From assembly GCF_006345805.1 (NCBI RefSeq), contig NC_043008.1, forward strand, positions 23,746,001-23,810,000: 64,000 nucleotides of DNA. Direction: 5' to 3'. A program made the position numbers and the translations under genes. Shown in pieces: positions 11,336 through 25,340 of this stretch. The number at the start of each line of letters is the position of its first letter. The stretch's first letter is position 1. Under the pieces are notes generated by a model. That model searched no databases. It saw nothing but the letters and a program-made list of their open reading frames with translations, and had not been told where the DNA came from. Source of the stretch: Octopus sinensis. Taxonomy: Eukaryota.

Positions 11336-13793
11336 CTAGAAAATGCCTCTTGAAATTCTTACATCCCCAGCATTGAGAGATTCATTGTCACTGTTCAAAG
11401 TCAGTGTTCTTTTTACAGAGGGGAAATTTTGCAGAGTAGGTGCTATTTTATAAATTTCCAGACATTTTTTAATCCAGCTATGTGGTAGTCTATCAAAAGC
11501 TTTTTATAGTATATCCAGGTTATCGAAAAATTCTTGTGTTGTTTGTGACAACCTTCCAAAGTCATCGTATTGATGAGTAGTTGATCTTTACAAGCATAGG
11601 ACCCACGTTTACATTATTTTTGCTCATTAGGGAAGATGCCACTTTCTATAAAAACTATAGGTTTTCTCAGTCAAGCCAGATATTAGTTTTTTATACATTC
11701 TTGTTAAGCAAGTAAACACCGTTGTAAAGTTTTGTTAGCAGTTTACGACTCTCTTGAATTCAGCCAGAAGCCAGGAATTTTTCTTTCCCTGGAGACTTCC
11801 ATTTGCTTGACTTCCTGAGAGCAGATTTTACATTCTCTACCTTGATACCCTCCCACTTTTTCTCTTCAAAGGAATCTAAGTGAGTGTTTACTCTTTCAAT
11901 CTCTTTTTACTCTTTTTATTGTGTGTGTTTTACTTCTGCCCAAATTTTATTCCAAAATTCCTGCACTTCTTTTGATGGGACAGACTTTACTGTAACAGGT
12001 ATTTTCTCTATCTTTCTGCAAACGTTTTGGGATTATTTTTGAACATGTCTTTGAAGAATCTAGCGTGCTTTTCACACCGTGTTATGCGAGCAGCTTTAGC
12101 ACATAACTCTTCCTTGATAGTTTCTATGGTAGTATCAATGTCAAGTATAGCTTTCATATACCTTTTCTTTAATTTTCGGATTTTCGTTGGTTTGATATTC
12201 TTGTCAAACTTAATGTCTTTAAAACATTCTATGTCAGACCTAAGTAACTGAATTTCGTGTTGAATACGCTCTTGTCAAATAGGTTTTTTTGTGTGATACA
12301 TAGTACAGGTGATTGAGATCTGTAATATCAACATCATTAGCTGAAATTATATCCTTAAGTTCAAGGCGGATTTTACCAATTACTTTCATGTTTTGTTTAG
12401 AGTTGCGAATTTTTGGAAGAGTTCCACGTTCATTCATACTGCTTTCTTTAATTTTCAGCCATTCAACCATGATTTGATTTTGTAGATCATCTAGTTCAAT
12501 TGGGTCAATTTCTGTGTGACTTTTTTCATCTATTTGATTTTCATTTCCCTTAGTGTTTATGGTTGGTTCAGAGAGTATTTCACTTTGCTTATCAGTTACG
12601 TTGACTCCATTTTCATCAGACCTAGGTTAGTCTTTAATTATTTCCTCAGTAGTATCTTCTTTAGCTTCGTTCCTTGTATCCCTTACAGGTTGTTTAATTT
12701 GGTCAATATCTAATTCAGTTAGTAATTTCTTTTTCATAATGTTTCTTCGGACGTTGACAAGTTTGTTACTATCTATATAGGATCTTACTTCAGTGTGTTT
12801 CCCTCTCCAGTTTAGGTGGGTTTGTTCAGTATTAGATTTATTTGTGGGGAAATACATGACACGATAGGTCTTAAGAACTACTTCATTTTCGTCGGTTGAC
12901 TATTTTTCATTCTTTTTCTTTTGGTCATTTGATGACAAGCGTGGATGGTCATCTGTTGGAATATTACGGTAGTCGAGTAGTACCAGCTCCTATGTTTCGG
13001 GAAGATTTGAACCAGTAGCTGATTTTTCGCACCCAGTCTGGTTCCTCACTTGGGTGCGCGGCTCTCGTTGAAACGGGGGACAGCTGATTCAGTGTGTATT
13101 TTGCTTTGTTATCATTGAGGCATGACATTACGGGAAGGATCTGTCTGTTTAAGGTTAACTTTTTGAGACAAACCTGCCTCCGAGTTCGCTGAATGAAAAC
13201 ATTGTTTTCTAAGGTTAAAGATGTGTATTTGTGTGTATTTCTTTGTTGGCAGGGTCATCTCCGGGCATAATTTCTTCGTGGTGTTTTTAAACTTATGAGT
13301 TGTTCACCCTGTGTGTGTTAGTTCGAAGAAAATTGCTTTGTTATTGCTTTGTTTCGTTTGTGAAACGTGCTTTCATATGTATGTGTGTCCTGTAAATTTC
13401 ACGTAGTTGTGTAAACATTGGGGTGTATGTGTAGTCCTATGGGTATTGGAATGTATATTTGATTGTATAGATATTCGAGTGTATACGTAATTAATCAATT
13501 TACGTAATTACTGTTTTGTTCCACTTACATTTCATAATTTGCAGACTTTCCAATGTTGGTTTCACGTGTCTTTCGCACATGCTTTACTAAGACACCGTGC
13601 ATGGGAGGAGTGGTGCTTTGTATAGCAATAAAATTTCATTTTTTATGGTTATTTTCGTTAAAAGGCTGCCTCCTTCAAGTCTTCTACAAGTTCCTTTTTT
13701 CCCATTCCACAGATGTTGTTAGTTTAGATTTTCTTTTTGAATAAAGAGCCCAGTGTAGCACATCCATGTTGTTATTCAGTACGGAACTGAATC
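11336..13793 (-). mobile_element. 5' half of R4/Dong LINE, decayed
   Basis: Homologous to 15900-17700 (LPKIRNSKQNMK, RRNIMKKKLLTELDID, SKWKSPG). Confidence 0.85.
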
Positions 13794-13818
13794 TATTATT
13801 ATTATTATTATTATTATT

Positions 13819-13917
<99 letters not shown>
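13794..13917 (+). repeat. (ATT)n(ATC)n(ATT)n microsatellite between LINE copies
   Basis: Direct reading. Confidence 0.95.
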
Positions 13918-16900
13918 AATGTTTGGCTTTTGCTTTATATTTGAACAAGTTGGCTCCGAATCTCACCCAAAGACCTCAAGAGAGAACAGGTTGGAAGTTC
14001 ACGTTTTTGTTATGCCTAGAGTGCCATATATTTAGGGTTTTTTTGGCGTTGTACTAGTGAATGTCTAAAAAAAATGTTTGTTTTAAACCTTGAGGTTACA
14101 TAGAAAGTATTTTGCGTAGGATATGAGCAGTTCCCATGAGCACTATCTTTTGAATTTCTGCCATTTTGGGGTTTCCTGGTATCTGAGTTAGGTAGCAATC
14201 AGCCCCTTTCGCTATCATTCTCAGGGCACCTATGACAACAGGTATTGTTTTAGTCTTGAGGTTCCACATTTTGCTGATTTCTATTTCAAGCTCTTTATAT
14301 TTGCTCAGTTTTTGGTAGGTCTTGACAGATACGTTTATATCGATTGGGACAGTCATATCAATGAGGAGACATGTTCTATGTCAGAAGTCTTTCAATATGA
14401 TGTCTGGCCTATTTGCATCTATCTTTCTGTCAGTTTGAATGGTGAAGTTCCAGAGGAGTGAGATGTGGTCATTTTCAAGCACTGGAGGTGGATTGTGTTC
14501 CCACCAGTTTTTTTCATGGGTCAAATCCAGGCTTTTGCAAATTACCCAGTGAATATATTGTGCAGCTCTATGATGCCTGTTGAGATACTCTGTAGGCGCT
14601 AGAAGACTGCACTTGGAGACAACATGATCAATGGTTTCATTTTGTTGTTGACATACACGACATGTTGGGCTACTGCCGTTCTTTAATATGTTGGTCTGGT
14701 AGTTTATTGTTGGCAGGCATTGATCTTGAGCCGCTATGATAAATCCCTCTGTTTCAGATTTTAAGCCAAAGGCCATTAGCCATTGATGGGTCAGGGCTTT
14801 GTCAATATCTGCATTATTCGCTCTCTGGTTATTTTCCATAGAGAGGTTTTTCTTGCCATTTATCATTCAGAATATCTAAGGCTGCAGTTTTAGCACGGGT
14901 TTTCATGCGCTTAGCTTTTTCTGTGCCTGTTTCTTGTATGCCTATCTCTAATTCCGAAATTTGTTGTATTCGGAATTCACTTAGATATTCCTTAGCCTGT
15001 TTTGTTACTGAGTATGATGCTTTCTTGTTTTCATGTTTTGAGACAAGTTTTAACATCCAGTCCTCAGAGTTTTTCAGGTAGGTGTCTAGGCCAATTGTAG
15101 CAATCTTCATTGTTATTGCCAGTTGTAAGAGTCCACGGCCTCCCTCTTTTCTTGGCAGATAAAGTCGTTCTGTATCTACCTTAGGGTGGTGCATTCTATG
15201 CATTGTCAACAGTTTTCGTATTTTTCTGTCAAGATTACATATTGCAGTAATTGACCAGTTAACGATATTGAAACTGTAAGTCACGACTGGTATGGCTAAT
15301 GCATTGATCGCTTCGATCCTGTTTCTCGCATTCAGCTCTGTCTTGAGTATTGCTCTTACTCTGCGATAACATTCTTTCCTGATTCTTTCCTTTATCTCTG
15401 AATGCCTTATTCCGCCCCCTTCAATTACCCCTAGGTACTTGTAGCTCTCCGCTGGGTCTAATTCTTTTATGACATTCTGCTGGTCAAGGTTAACGTTAGA
15501 TGTTTCTGTCATTTTCCCTTTGATAAAGGTAGCTTTTGCACACTTATCGAGGCCAAATTGCATTCTGATGTCATCACTGAATTGTTTGACAATTGCTAGT
15601 AAGCCCTTGAGATGTTGGTCATTTTTTGAAAAGAGCTTTAAATCATCCATGTAAATGAGATGATTTATATTTTTATCAAACATATATATCCGTACTGCGC
15701 GTCATTGAGCAGTTTTGAGAGATGTATTAAGGCTAAACAAAAGAGGAGTGGTAATAGTGAGTCACCCTGGAAAATGCCACATGAAATTTTTACATCACCA
15801 GCATTTAGAGATTCATTGTCACCGTTCAAAGTTAGTGTGGTTCTCCATGATCTCATACTTACAGACAAAAAGACTTTTTATAGTCTATAGTCTATCCAGG
15901 CTATTGATAAGTTTTTGTGTCGTTTGTGACAATCTTCTAAGATCGTCTTATTGATGAGTAGTTGATCTTTACAACCGTAGGATCCATGTTTACATTCTTT
16001 CTGTTCATTAGGGAATATGCTGCTGTCTGTTAAAAAAACCATAGGTATATTCCGTCAGGACAGATGTTAGCGTTTTATACATAGTTGTTAAGCAGGTTAT
16101 GGGTCTATAATTTTTTGGTTAATTTGTTTCTTCACTTTTTGGAAGCAGGAATGTTAACCCATTAACTAGCCAAGGAGGCATCCTACTACGGTGTTGCAAA
16201 ACATCATTGTACAGTTCTGTTAGCAGTTCATGGCTCTCTGGGAAGGCATTCAACCAGAAGTTAGGAATTTTATCCTTTCCTGGAGACTTCCATTTGCTTG
16301 ACCTCCTGAGAGCAGATGTTATATCTTCTACCTTGACACCATCCCACTTTTGCTCCTCTAAGGGGTCCAGTTCTGTAGATATTCTGTCAATCCAGGGGGC
16401 CTTTTCGTTGTGTGCTTTTTCTTCTGCCCAAGTTTTATTCCAAAATCCAAGCACTTTTTTTGATGGTACAGACTTTACAGTAACCGGTGTTTTTCCTATC
16501 TTCCTGTAAAAATTTTTGGGGTTATTTTTTAACATGATGTTCTCCTTGAAGAATCTAACACGCTTTTCATACCTCGCTATGCGGGCAGCTTTATCAGTTA
16601 CCTTTTGCTTGATGGTTTTTATGGTGGCATCAATATCAAGTATAGTTTTCATATATTTTTTCATTAATTTTTGTGTTTTTGTAGGTTTGGTAGTCTTCTG
16701 AACCTTAAGGTTCTTCAAATATTCAATGTCAGATCTAAATAGTTTAATATGTTGTTGCAAACGCTCTTGCCAAGAAGGCTTTTTGTGGGAATGTTGCCGT
16801 TTTCTAATCTGTTCACCACATAGGATCGTTGAGATTTTCGCGGATGCATTGTATAGGTGGTTGAGATCTATGATATCAACATCATTAGCTGAAATTATAT

Positions 16901-17888
16901 CCTTTAGTGCAAGCCGGATTTTGCCAATTATTTTCATGTTTTGGTTAGAGTTGCGGATTTTATGGAATGTATCGCATTCATCCATCCTGGTTTCTTTAAT
17001 TTTCAGCCATTCAATCATGATTTGATTTTTTAGCTCATGTAGTTCTGTTGGGTCAATATTTGTGTGACTTTCTTCATCTATTTGATGTTCATCTGTCTTA
17101 GTGTTTATGATTCGTTCATTTATGCTAACTCTTTCAATCCTTACTTCGTTTTTATCAGCCCTGGGCTGGTCTATAATTATTTCCTCTGTATTATCTTCTT
17201 TAGCTGCAGCTTCGTTCACTTATCTGTTACTGCTTGTCTAGTTTGATCAATCTCTACTTCAGTCAGTATTTTTTTATAATGTTTCTTCTGACGTTGGCAA
17301 GTTTGTTACTATCTATGTAGGGTCTTACTTCAGGGTGTTTCTGTCTCCAGTTTGTACAGTGTTAGATTTATCTGTGGGGAAATATATGGCATAGTAGAAG
17401 GCCGCAAGAACTTCTTTATTATCTTTCCTGGACCATTTTTCCTTCTTTTTCTTTTGATTATTTGGAGACGAGCATGGATGGCCATCTGTAGGAATATTCC
17501 GGTTGTGGGGTACGTCCAGCTCCTGTGTGTCGGGAAGATTTGATCCAGTAGCTGATTTTTCAATCGGAATTTGTTCAATTTTCGGGTACGTGGTCTTTTG
17601 TAATCCGCTCGATGACCATTGCGGTTTGTAATTTGTTTTGTTGACATTGAAGCATGACGAGCTTCGACACTTACATTAGGAGACGGATCTGTCAGTTTAA
17701 GGTTCTCTGCACGTAAACATTATTCGTAGTGCAGCTTCTTAAGGCTAGCAGATCTGTATTCGTCTGTATTTTTTTTGTTGATAGATTTATCTCCGAACAT
17801 ATTTTTTTTTTTAACTTATGAAAGGTTCACTCTGCCTATTAGTTCGAAAAATTGAGAATAAAATACGGAAAAAAAGGATCTGTCAGTT
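13918..17888 (-). mobile_element. near full-length R4/Dong LINE (RT, CCHC, RLE), frameshifted
   Basis: GIFQGDSL, HLIYMDDLKL, CRVCQQQNETIDHVVSKC, RPDIILKDF..IDMTVP; small internal deletion near 15880 relative to the 19318 copy. Confidence 0.95.
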
Positions 17889-19264
17889 ATTATTGTTATT
17901 ATTACTATCACCATCACTATCATCATTATCATCACCATCACCATCATCATCATCATCATCAATGATATTGTTTTATGTGTAGTCACAGCAGTAGCTTATT
18001 ATTATTATTTCTATCACCACCACCATCACCACCACTACTACCATTGTTTGAGGGAATAATTGGTAAAGAGGTCATGTTCTATAGATAGATGTTCTATAGA
18101 TGTTCTATAAATAGATTCAGCAGATGGTGGAGAGGTCAGCCAAAGAGACAAAGGACATTTTAGGTCAGGAGAGGTCAAACTTGTTGTACCAGCGCTGCCT
18201 TGAAAAGCAATTCAGCTTGTTATATTTGTATTTAATGGTAGGAAGAGAAAAAAACTATATATATATACACCCACGCACATATGTATATGTATATGTATAC
18301 TCACACACACACATATATTATCTGATAATCACGTCGATGATTTTTTAAATTTCTGAATTCAATTATGTTGTTGCAATAAAAGTTATGTTTACGTATTTGG
18401 GTAATATATTAAAGTTTTTAAGTATTCTTGAGATGTTCGTTTGTCTGTCCAGTTGGAGAATACAATAAGAATGTTTACATTTTCGAATGCTCAGGGAGAG
18501 TCAAAAAGAGAAGAAAACAAGTTGTGGCTAGTAAAGTTCTAAGATTTACTAAATATGGTCTTTTGTATGACTGCACAGAGAGAAATGATAGTGTTCTTAG
18601 AATAAAAAGGAGGATGATATTTACATTTTCTAGTATTCAGGGGGAGAGGAAAGGATACGTTGTCGCACATTAGTTGTAGATATTAAAGATTTTTTTTTTG
18701 TATTTTAAGCTGACCGTTTGTGTGATCGATAGCTGTAGGTATGTAAGTTTCCTAATTTACAGGGTTTTAGATATTCCAGTCTTTGGGAAAAGTAGGAGGA
18801 AAAGCGGGTTCACCTTGTTGGGTTTCAGAATTTCTGAATTTCTTTTTCTTTTATTTTTAAAAGTTTTACTGTGATTTACAGTTTTTGTAGTTGTGCAGCA
18901 TGTGTATATTAGCAGGTGCTTACTTCCATAGTTTTTATCGTGCATTTAATTGTGTTGTTACAATAAAAGGCAATTTTACATATTCTGATAGTTAAGGTAG
19001 AAGCGACGACAAAATGTTCACACAAAATATTGGAGATATTTATGTTTCTAATTTTTTTTGTTAGGTGTTCGTTTGTATGTCCAAAGCTGTAGATATGTAA
19101 GTTCCTTAACTTATTTTGAGGGAAATTCAAATTACCACAGAAAACAGTAGATCTTCCAGTTTTTTCCAGTTGTTTTTTCAGTTGTCCTGCTGGGTTAGCT
19201 GCTGACAGGTCAGAGCGGCGAAAAACACGTCCAGCCTCCGTCACGTCCAGCCTTATTATTATTA

Positions 19265-19317
<53 letters not shown>

Positions 19318-19320
<3 letters not shown>

Positions 19321-22300
19321 TATGTTTGACTTTTGCTTTATATTTGTACAAGTTGGCTCCAAGTCTCAACCAGAGACCTCAAGAGACAACAGGGTTGGAA
19401 GTTCATGTTGTTGTTATGCCTAGTGTGCCATATATTTGGGGGGTGGGGATGTTGTACTAATGAATGTCTAAAAAAAAACGTTTTTTTTTTTAAACCGAAA
19501 ATTATGTTTGTTTTAAACCTTGATATTACATAGAGAGTATTTTGCGTAGGATATGAGCAGTTCCCATGAGCACTATCTTTTGAACTTCTGCCATTTTGGG
19601 GTTTCCTGGTATCTGAGTTAGGTAGCTATCAGCCCTTTTGCTATCATTCCCAGGGCACCTATGACAACAGGTATTGTTTTAGTCTTCAGCTTCCACATTT
19701 TGCTGATTTCTATTTCAAGATCTTTATATTTGCTCAGTTTTTGGTAGGTCTTGACAGATATGTTTATATCGATTGGGACAGTCATATCAATGAGGAGGCA
19801 TGTTCTTTGTTTGAAGTCGTTCAATATGATGTCTGGCCTATTTGCATCTATCTTCCTGTCAGTTTGAATGGTGAAGTTCCAGAGGAGTGAGATGTGGTCA
19901 TTTTCAAGCACTGGGGGTGGTTTGTGTTCCCACCAGTTTTTTTCATGGGGCAAATCCAGGTTTTTACAGATTACCCAGTGAATATATTGTGCAGCTCTAT
20001 CGTGCCTGTTGAGATACTCTGTAGGCGCTAGAAGACTGCACTTGGAGACCACATGGTCAATGGTTTCATTTTGTTGCTTGCATACACGACACGTTGGACT
20101 GCTTCTGATCTTTAATATGTTGGCCTGGTAGTTTATTGTTGGTAGGCATTGATCTTGAGCTGCTATGATAACCCCTCTGTTTCAGATTTTAAGCCAGAGG
20201 CCATTAGCCATTGATGGGTCAGGGCTTTGTTCATATCTGCATTATTCGCTCTCTTTGGGTATTTGCCATAGAGAGGTTTTTCTTGCCATTTATTATTCAG
20301 AATATCTAAGGCCGCAGTTTTGGCACGGGTTTTCATGCGCCTAGCTTTTTCTGTGCTTGTTTCTTATATATCTATCTCTAATTCCGAAATTGGTTGTATT
20401 CGGAATTCACTTAGATATTCCTTTGCCTGTTTTGTGACTGAGTATGATGCTTTCTTGTTTTCATGTTTTGAGACAAGTTTTAACATCCAGTCCTCAGAGT
20501 TTTTCAGGTAGGTGTCTAGGCCAATTGTAGCAATCTTCATTGTTATTGCCAGTTGCAAAAGACCACGGCCTCCCTCTTTTCTTGGCAGATAGAGTCGTTC
20601 TGTATCTGCCTTAGGGTGGTGCATTCTATGCATTGTCGACAGTTTCCTTATTTTTCTGTCGAGCTGACATATTTCAGTAATTGACCAGTTAACAATATTG
20701 AAACTGTAAGTCACGACTGGTATAGCTAATGCATTGATCGCTTCGATCCTGTTTCTTGCATTCAGCTCTGTCTTGAGTATTGCTCTCACTCTTCGATAGC
20801 ATTCTCTCCTGATCCTTTCCTTCATCTCTGAATGCCTTATTCCGTTCCCTTCAATTACCCCTAGGTACTTGTAGCTCTCCGCTGGGTCTAGTTCTTTTAT
20901 TACATTCTGTTGGTCAAGGTTAACGTTAGATGTTTCTGTCATTTTTCCTTTGATAAAGGTAGCCTTTGCACATTTATCGAGGCCGAATTGCATTCTGATG
21001 TCGTCACTGAATTGTTTGACTATCGCTAGTAAGCCCTTGAGTTGTTGATCATTTTTTGCAAAAAGCTTTAAATCATCCATGTAAACGAGATGATTAATAT
21101 TTTTATCAAACATTTTATACCCGTACTGCGCGTCATTGAGCAGCTTTGAGAGAGGTATTAAGGATAAACAAAAGAGGAGTGGTGACAGTGAGTCACCCTG
21201 GAAAATGCCGCACGAAATTTTTACATCACCAGCATTTAGGGATTCACTGTCACTGTTCAGAGTTAGTGTGGTTCTCCATGATCTCATACTTACAGTCAGG
21301 AAGTTTCGCAGAGTTGGTGCTATCTTATACATTTCAAGGCATTTCCTAATCCAGCTATGTGGTAGGCTATCAAAAGCCTTTTTATAGTCTATCCAGGCTA
21401 TTGATAAGTTTTTGTGTCGTTTGTGACAATCTTCTAAGATCATCTTATTGATGAGTAGTTGGTCTTTACAGCCGTAGGATCCACGTTTACATCCTTTCTG
21501 TTCATTAGGGAATATGCTGCTGTCTGTTAAAAAACTATAGGTATATTCCGTCAGGACAGATGTTAGTGTTTTGTACATAGTTGTTAAGCAGGTTATGGGT
21601 CTATAGTTCTTTGGTTCATTTGTTTCTTCACTTTTTGGAAGCAGGAATGTTAACCCATTAACTAGCCAAGGAGGCATCCTACTACGGTGTTGCAAAACAT
21701 CATTGTACAGTTCTGTTAGCAGTTCATGGCTCTCTGGGAAGGCATTCAGCCAGAAGTTAGGAATCTTATCCTTTCCTGGAGACTTCCATTTGCTTGACCT
21801 CCTGAGAGCAGATGTTATATCTTCTACCTTGACACCCTCCCAATTTTGCTCTTCTAAGGGTCCAGTTCTGTAGATATCCTGTCAATCCAGGGGGCCTTTT
21901 CGCTGTGTGTTTTTTCTACTGCCCAGATTTTATTCCAAAATCTCTGCACTTCTTCTTTTGATGGTACAGACCCTGCAGTAAACGCTGTTTTTCCTATCTT
22001 CCTGTAAAAATTCTTGATGCTATTTTTGAACATGTTGTTGTCCTTGAAAAATCTAACACGCTTTTCATACCTCGCTATGCGGGCAGCTTTGGCAGATACC
22101 TTTTGTTTGATGGTTTCTATGGTGGCATCAATATCAAGTATAGTTTTCATATTGTATTTTTCAGTAATTTTTGGGTTTTTGTAGGTTTGGTAGTCCTGTG
22201 AGCCTTAAGGTTTTTCAAATATTCAATGTCAGATCTAAATATTTTAATTTGTTGTTGCAGACGCTCTTGCCAAGAAGGCTTTTTGTGGGACTGTTGCCGT

Positions 22301-22911
22301 TTTCTAATCTTTACACCACATAGGATCGTTGAGATTTTCGCGGATGCATAGTATAGGTGGTTGAGGTTTGTGATATCAACATCATTAACTGAAATTATAT
22401 CCTTAAGTGCAAGCCGGATTTTACCAATTATTTTCATGTTTTGGTTAGAGTTGCGGATTTTAGGAAGTGTATCACGCTCATCCATCCTGGTTTCTTTAAT
22501 TTTCAGCCATTCAATCATGATTTGATTTTTTAGCTCATGTAGTTCTGTTGGGTCAATATTTGTGTGACTTTCTTTATCTATTTGATGCTCATCTGTCTTA
22601 GTGTTTATGATTGGTTCAGGGAGTATTTCACTTTGCCTATTACTTATACTAACTCTTTTAATCCTCTCTTCGTTTTTATCCGCCCTGGGCTGGTCTATAA
22701 TCATTTCCTCTGTATTATCTTCTCTAGCTGCAGCTTCGTTCATTTTATCCGATATTGCTTGTCTAACCTGATCAATCTCTACTTCAGTCAGTAATTTCTT
22801 TTTTATAATGTTTCTTCTAACATTGGCAAGCTTGTTACTGTCTATGTAGGGTCTTACTTCAGGGTGTTTCTGTCTCCAATTTAAGTATGCTTGTACAGTG
22901 CTAGACTTATC

Positions 22912-22912
<1 letters not shown>
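19318..22912 (-). mobile_element. R4/Dong LINE, slightly 5'-truncated, best preserved copy
   Basis: 443-aa ORF 20364-21695 with YRPITCL, WIDYKKAFDS, QGDSLSP, YMDD; RLE ORF 19618-20052; (TTA)n on both sides. Confidence 0.96.
20364..21695 (-). pseudogene. reverse transcriptase segment of the R4/Dong ORF
   Basis: RT motifs in one frame; flanking parts frameshifted. Confidence 0.92.
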
Positions 22913-22972
<60 letters not shown>

Positions 22973-22997
22973 GTTGTTGTTGTTGTTGTTGTTGTTT

Positions 22998-25340
22998 ACT
23001 AGTTTTAGTTTTATAGCGTGCTTTCACTTCACTACCGAGCGCAGCTCTGTGTGTCCTGGGTATGTGCTGTGATTTGTTGTGATGCTCTTATGCTTACTGT
23101 ATTGAAAGTGTTCTGCGTAGGAAGTGTGCAGTGCCTAGTAGTGCAATTTTCTGTATGTTATATGTGTTTGTGAGTCATGGTGATTTTGTTATATATTTGT
23201 CTGAATATTTTTTTATCATGCCTAATGCATCTACTATGATAGGAATTGTTTCTGTTTTTAGATTCCACATTCTAGTTACCTCTATTTCCAGGTCTTTGTA
23301 TTTTGAAAGTTTCTCCATTTCTTTTAGAGACACATTGTCATCTGCCGGTATTGATACATCAATTAGAAATAAAGTTTTCTTCATGATCTCTGACAACTAT
23401 ATCTGGTCTGTTGGCCTTAATTTCTCTATCTGTGTTTATTGGCATATCCCAGAGTTGCTTTCTCGTTTTCTGTGACCTTTTTTGGTGTGTGCCTATACCA
23501 TATTTTTCTGTTGTTATTCCATAATGTTGGCATAGCTTCCAGTGTATGAAGGTCCCAACTCTGTCGTGTCTGTGAATATATTCCTTTTTAGCCAGACAGA
23601 GATAATATGATTTATTGTTTCTTGTCCATCTCCACATATTCTGCAGTTACTTATTATATTTCATTTCATTACATGTTTTTGGTAATTTCTGGTGGGGAGG
23701 CTTTGGTCTTTTGCTGCAATTAAGAATCCTTCTTTCTCTGCTTTGAGTCCTGAGCTTCTCAACATTGCTGGGATTTTTCTTTGTCTCGTTGTTTTGCATT
23801 TAGTTTAGTCCAGTATTTGCCATGAAGGGGCTTTTCTTGCCATCGTTTTATCATGGCCCGTTGCTGTTCTAGTTTTAGTTTGGAGTTCATTTGCTGTATT
23901 TTCTTCTTCTTCTTCTTCTTCTTCTTCTTCTTCTTCTTCTTCTTCTTCTTCTTCTTCTTCTTCTTCTTCTTCTTCTTCTTCTTCTTCTTCTTCTTCTTCT
24001 TCTTCTTCATTTTTGTTAGGTGGTATGATTTCTTGTTTGTATTTATCAGCTTCGATAAATACTGAGAACAATTTTTTGCTTTGCTCGTGTTTTGCTGCTA
24101 TTTGTATCAGTTTTCCTTGCTTCTGAAGTAGGTATTTTTGCAGTCCTATGGTGGTTATTTTATAATAGTTTTCCAGCTTTATAAGGCCTCTACCACCTTC
24201 TATACGTTGAATATATACCCTTTTTACGTCAGATTTTGGGTGATGCATCCTAGATCCTGTCATTATTTTTCTTGTTTTCCTATCTATTTTGGTTAGTTCA
24301 TTTAGCGTCCAGTTAAGGATATTGTAGCTGTAACTTATAACTGGGACGGCTAAAGTGTTAATACCTATTATCTTGTTTTTAGTATTGAGCTCTGTTTTTA
24401 GTATTGATCTAACTCGTCTATAGTATTCTTTCTTTATTTTCTCTTTCATTTGTGTGTGTTGTGTCTTATCTAGTTCATGGATTCCTAAATATTTGTAAGT
24501 TTGGCTTTGGTCTAATTCTCTTATTTCATTGGCTTTATCTAGTGTGATGTTGCTACTCTTAACTAGTTTTCGTCTTTTCAGGGTTACTTTGGCGCATTTT
24601 CTAATCCAAATTTCATATCTATTTCATTGATAAATCCATGAACTGTCTTTAGTAGTGTTTCCAGCTCTTTGTCATTTGTAGCGTATAGTTTTATGTCATC
24701 CATATATAAAAGGTGGCTGATCGTTTTGCCGTAACATTTATATCCGCAACCAGTTCTATTTAGCATATCAGATAGAGGTGACAGTGCCAAGCAGAAAAGA
24801 AGTGGAGAGAGCGTATCTCCCCGGAATATTCCTCTTCTAATGGGGATGGCTTTGGTTTTCACGAGTCTCTCTTTTGTTTGGAGTTGTAGCACTGTCTGCC
24901 ATTTATTCATAGAGTGTCCTATGTATTTTATAATTGTTGGTACTACTTTGTTAATGGCTAGTGTTTCGAGGATCCACGTGTGGGGGATGCTACCAAACGC
25001 CTTTTTGTAGTCGATCCAGGCCATACTGAGGCCTTTCTTCTTTCTGTGGCTGTCTTCAGTTATGGCTTTATTGATCATTAGTTGATCTTTACAGCCATAT
25101 GAGCCTTTGCGGCATCCTTTCTGTTCTTCTGGAAACAGGTTGTTTTCGTCCAGGTGCTTGTTCAATCTTTGTGATATTACTGCAGTAAATGCTTTGTACA
25201 TTGTAGGGAGACGGGTTATAGGTCTGTAGTTTTCTGGTTTTGCTGTCTCATTGGATTTGGGAATTAAGATGGTTTTCTCCTTTGTGAGCCATTCAGGCAT
25301 TGTCTCTGGCTCTGCCAGTATGTTGTTAAAGTTTTTGCTA
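22998..25340 (-). mobile_element. R4/Dong-type LINE of another family, 3' two-thirds
   Basis: HLLYMDDIKL, WQEKPLHGKY, NRPDIVVRD, LIDVSIP; (GAA)n inside the ORF. Confidence 0.92.
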
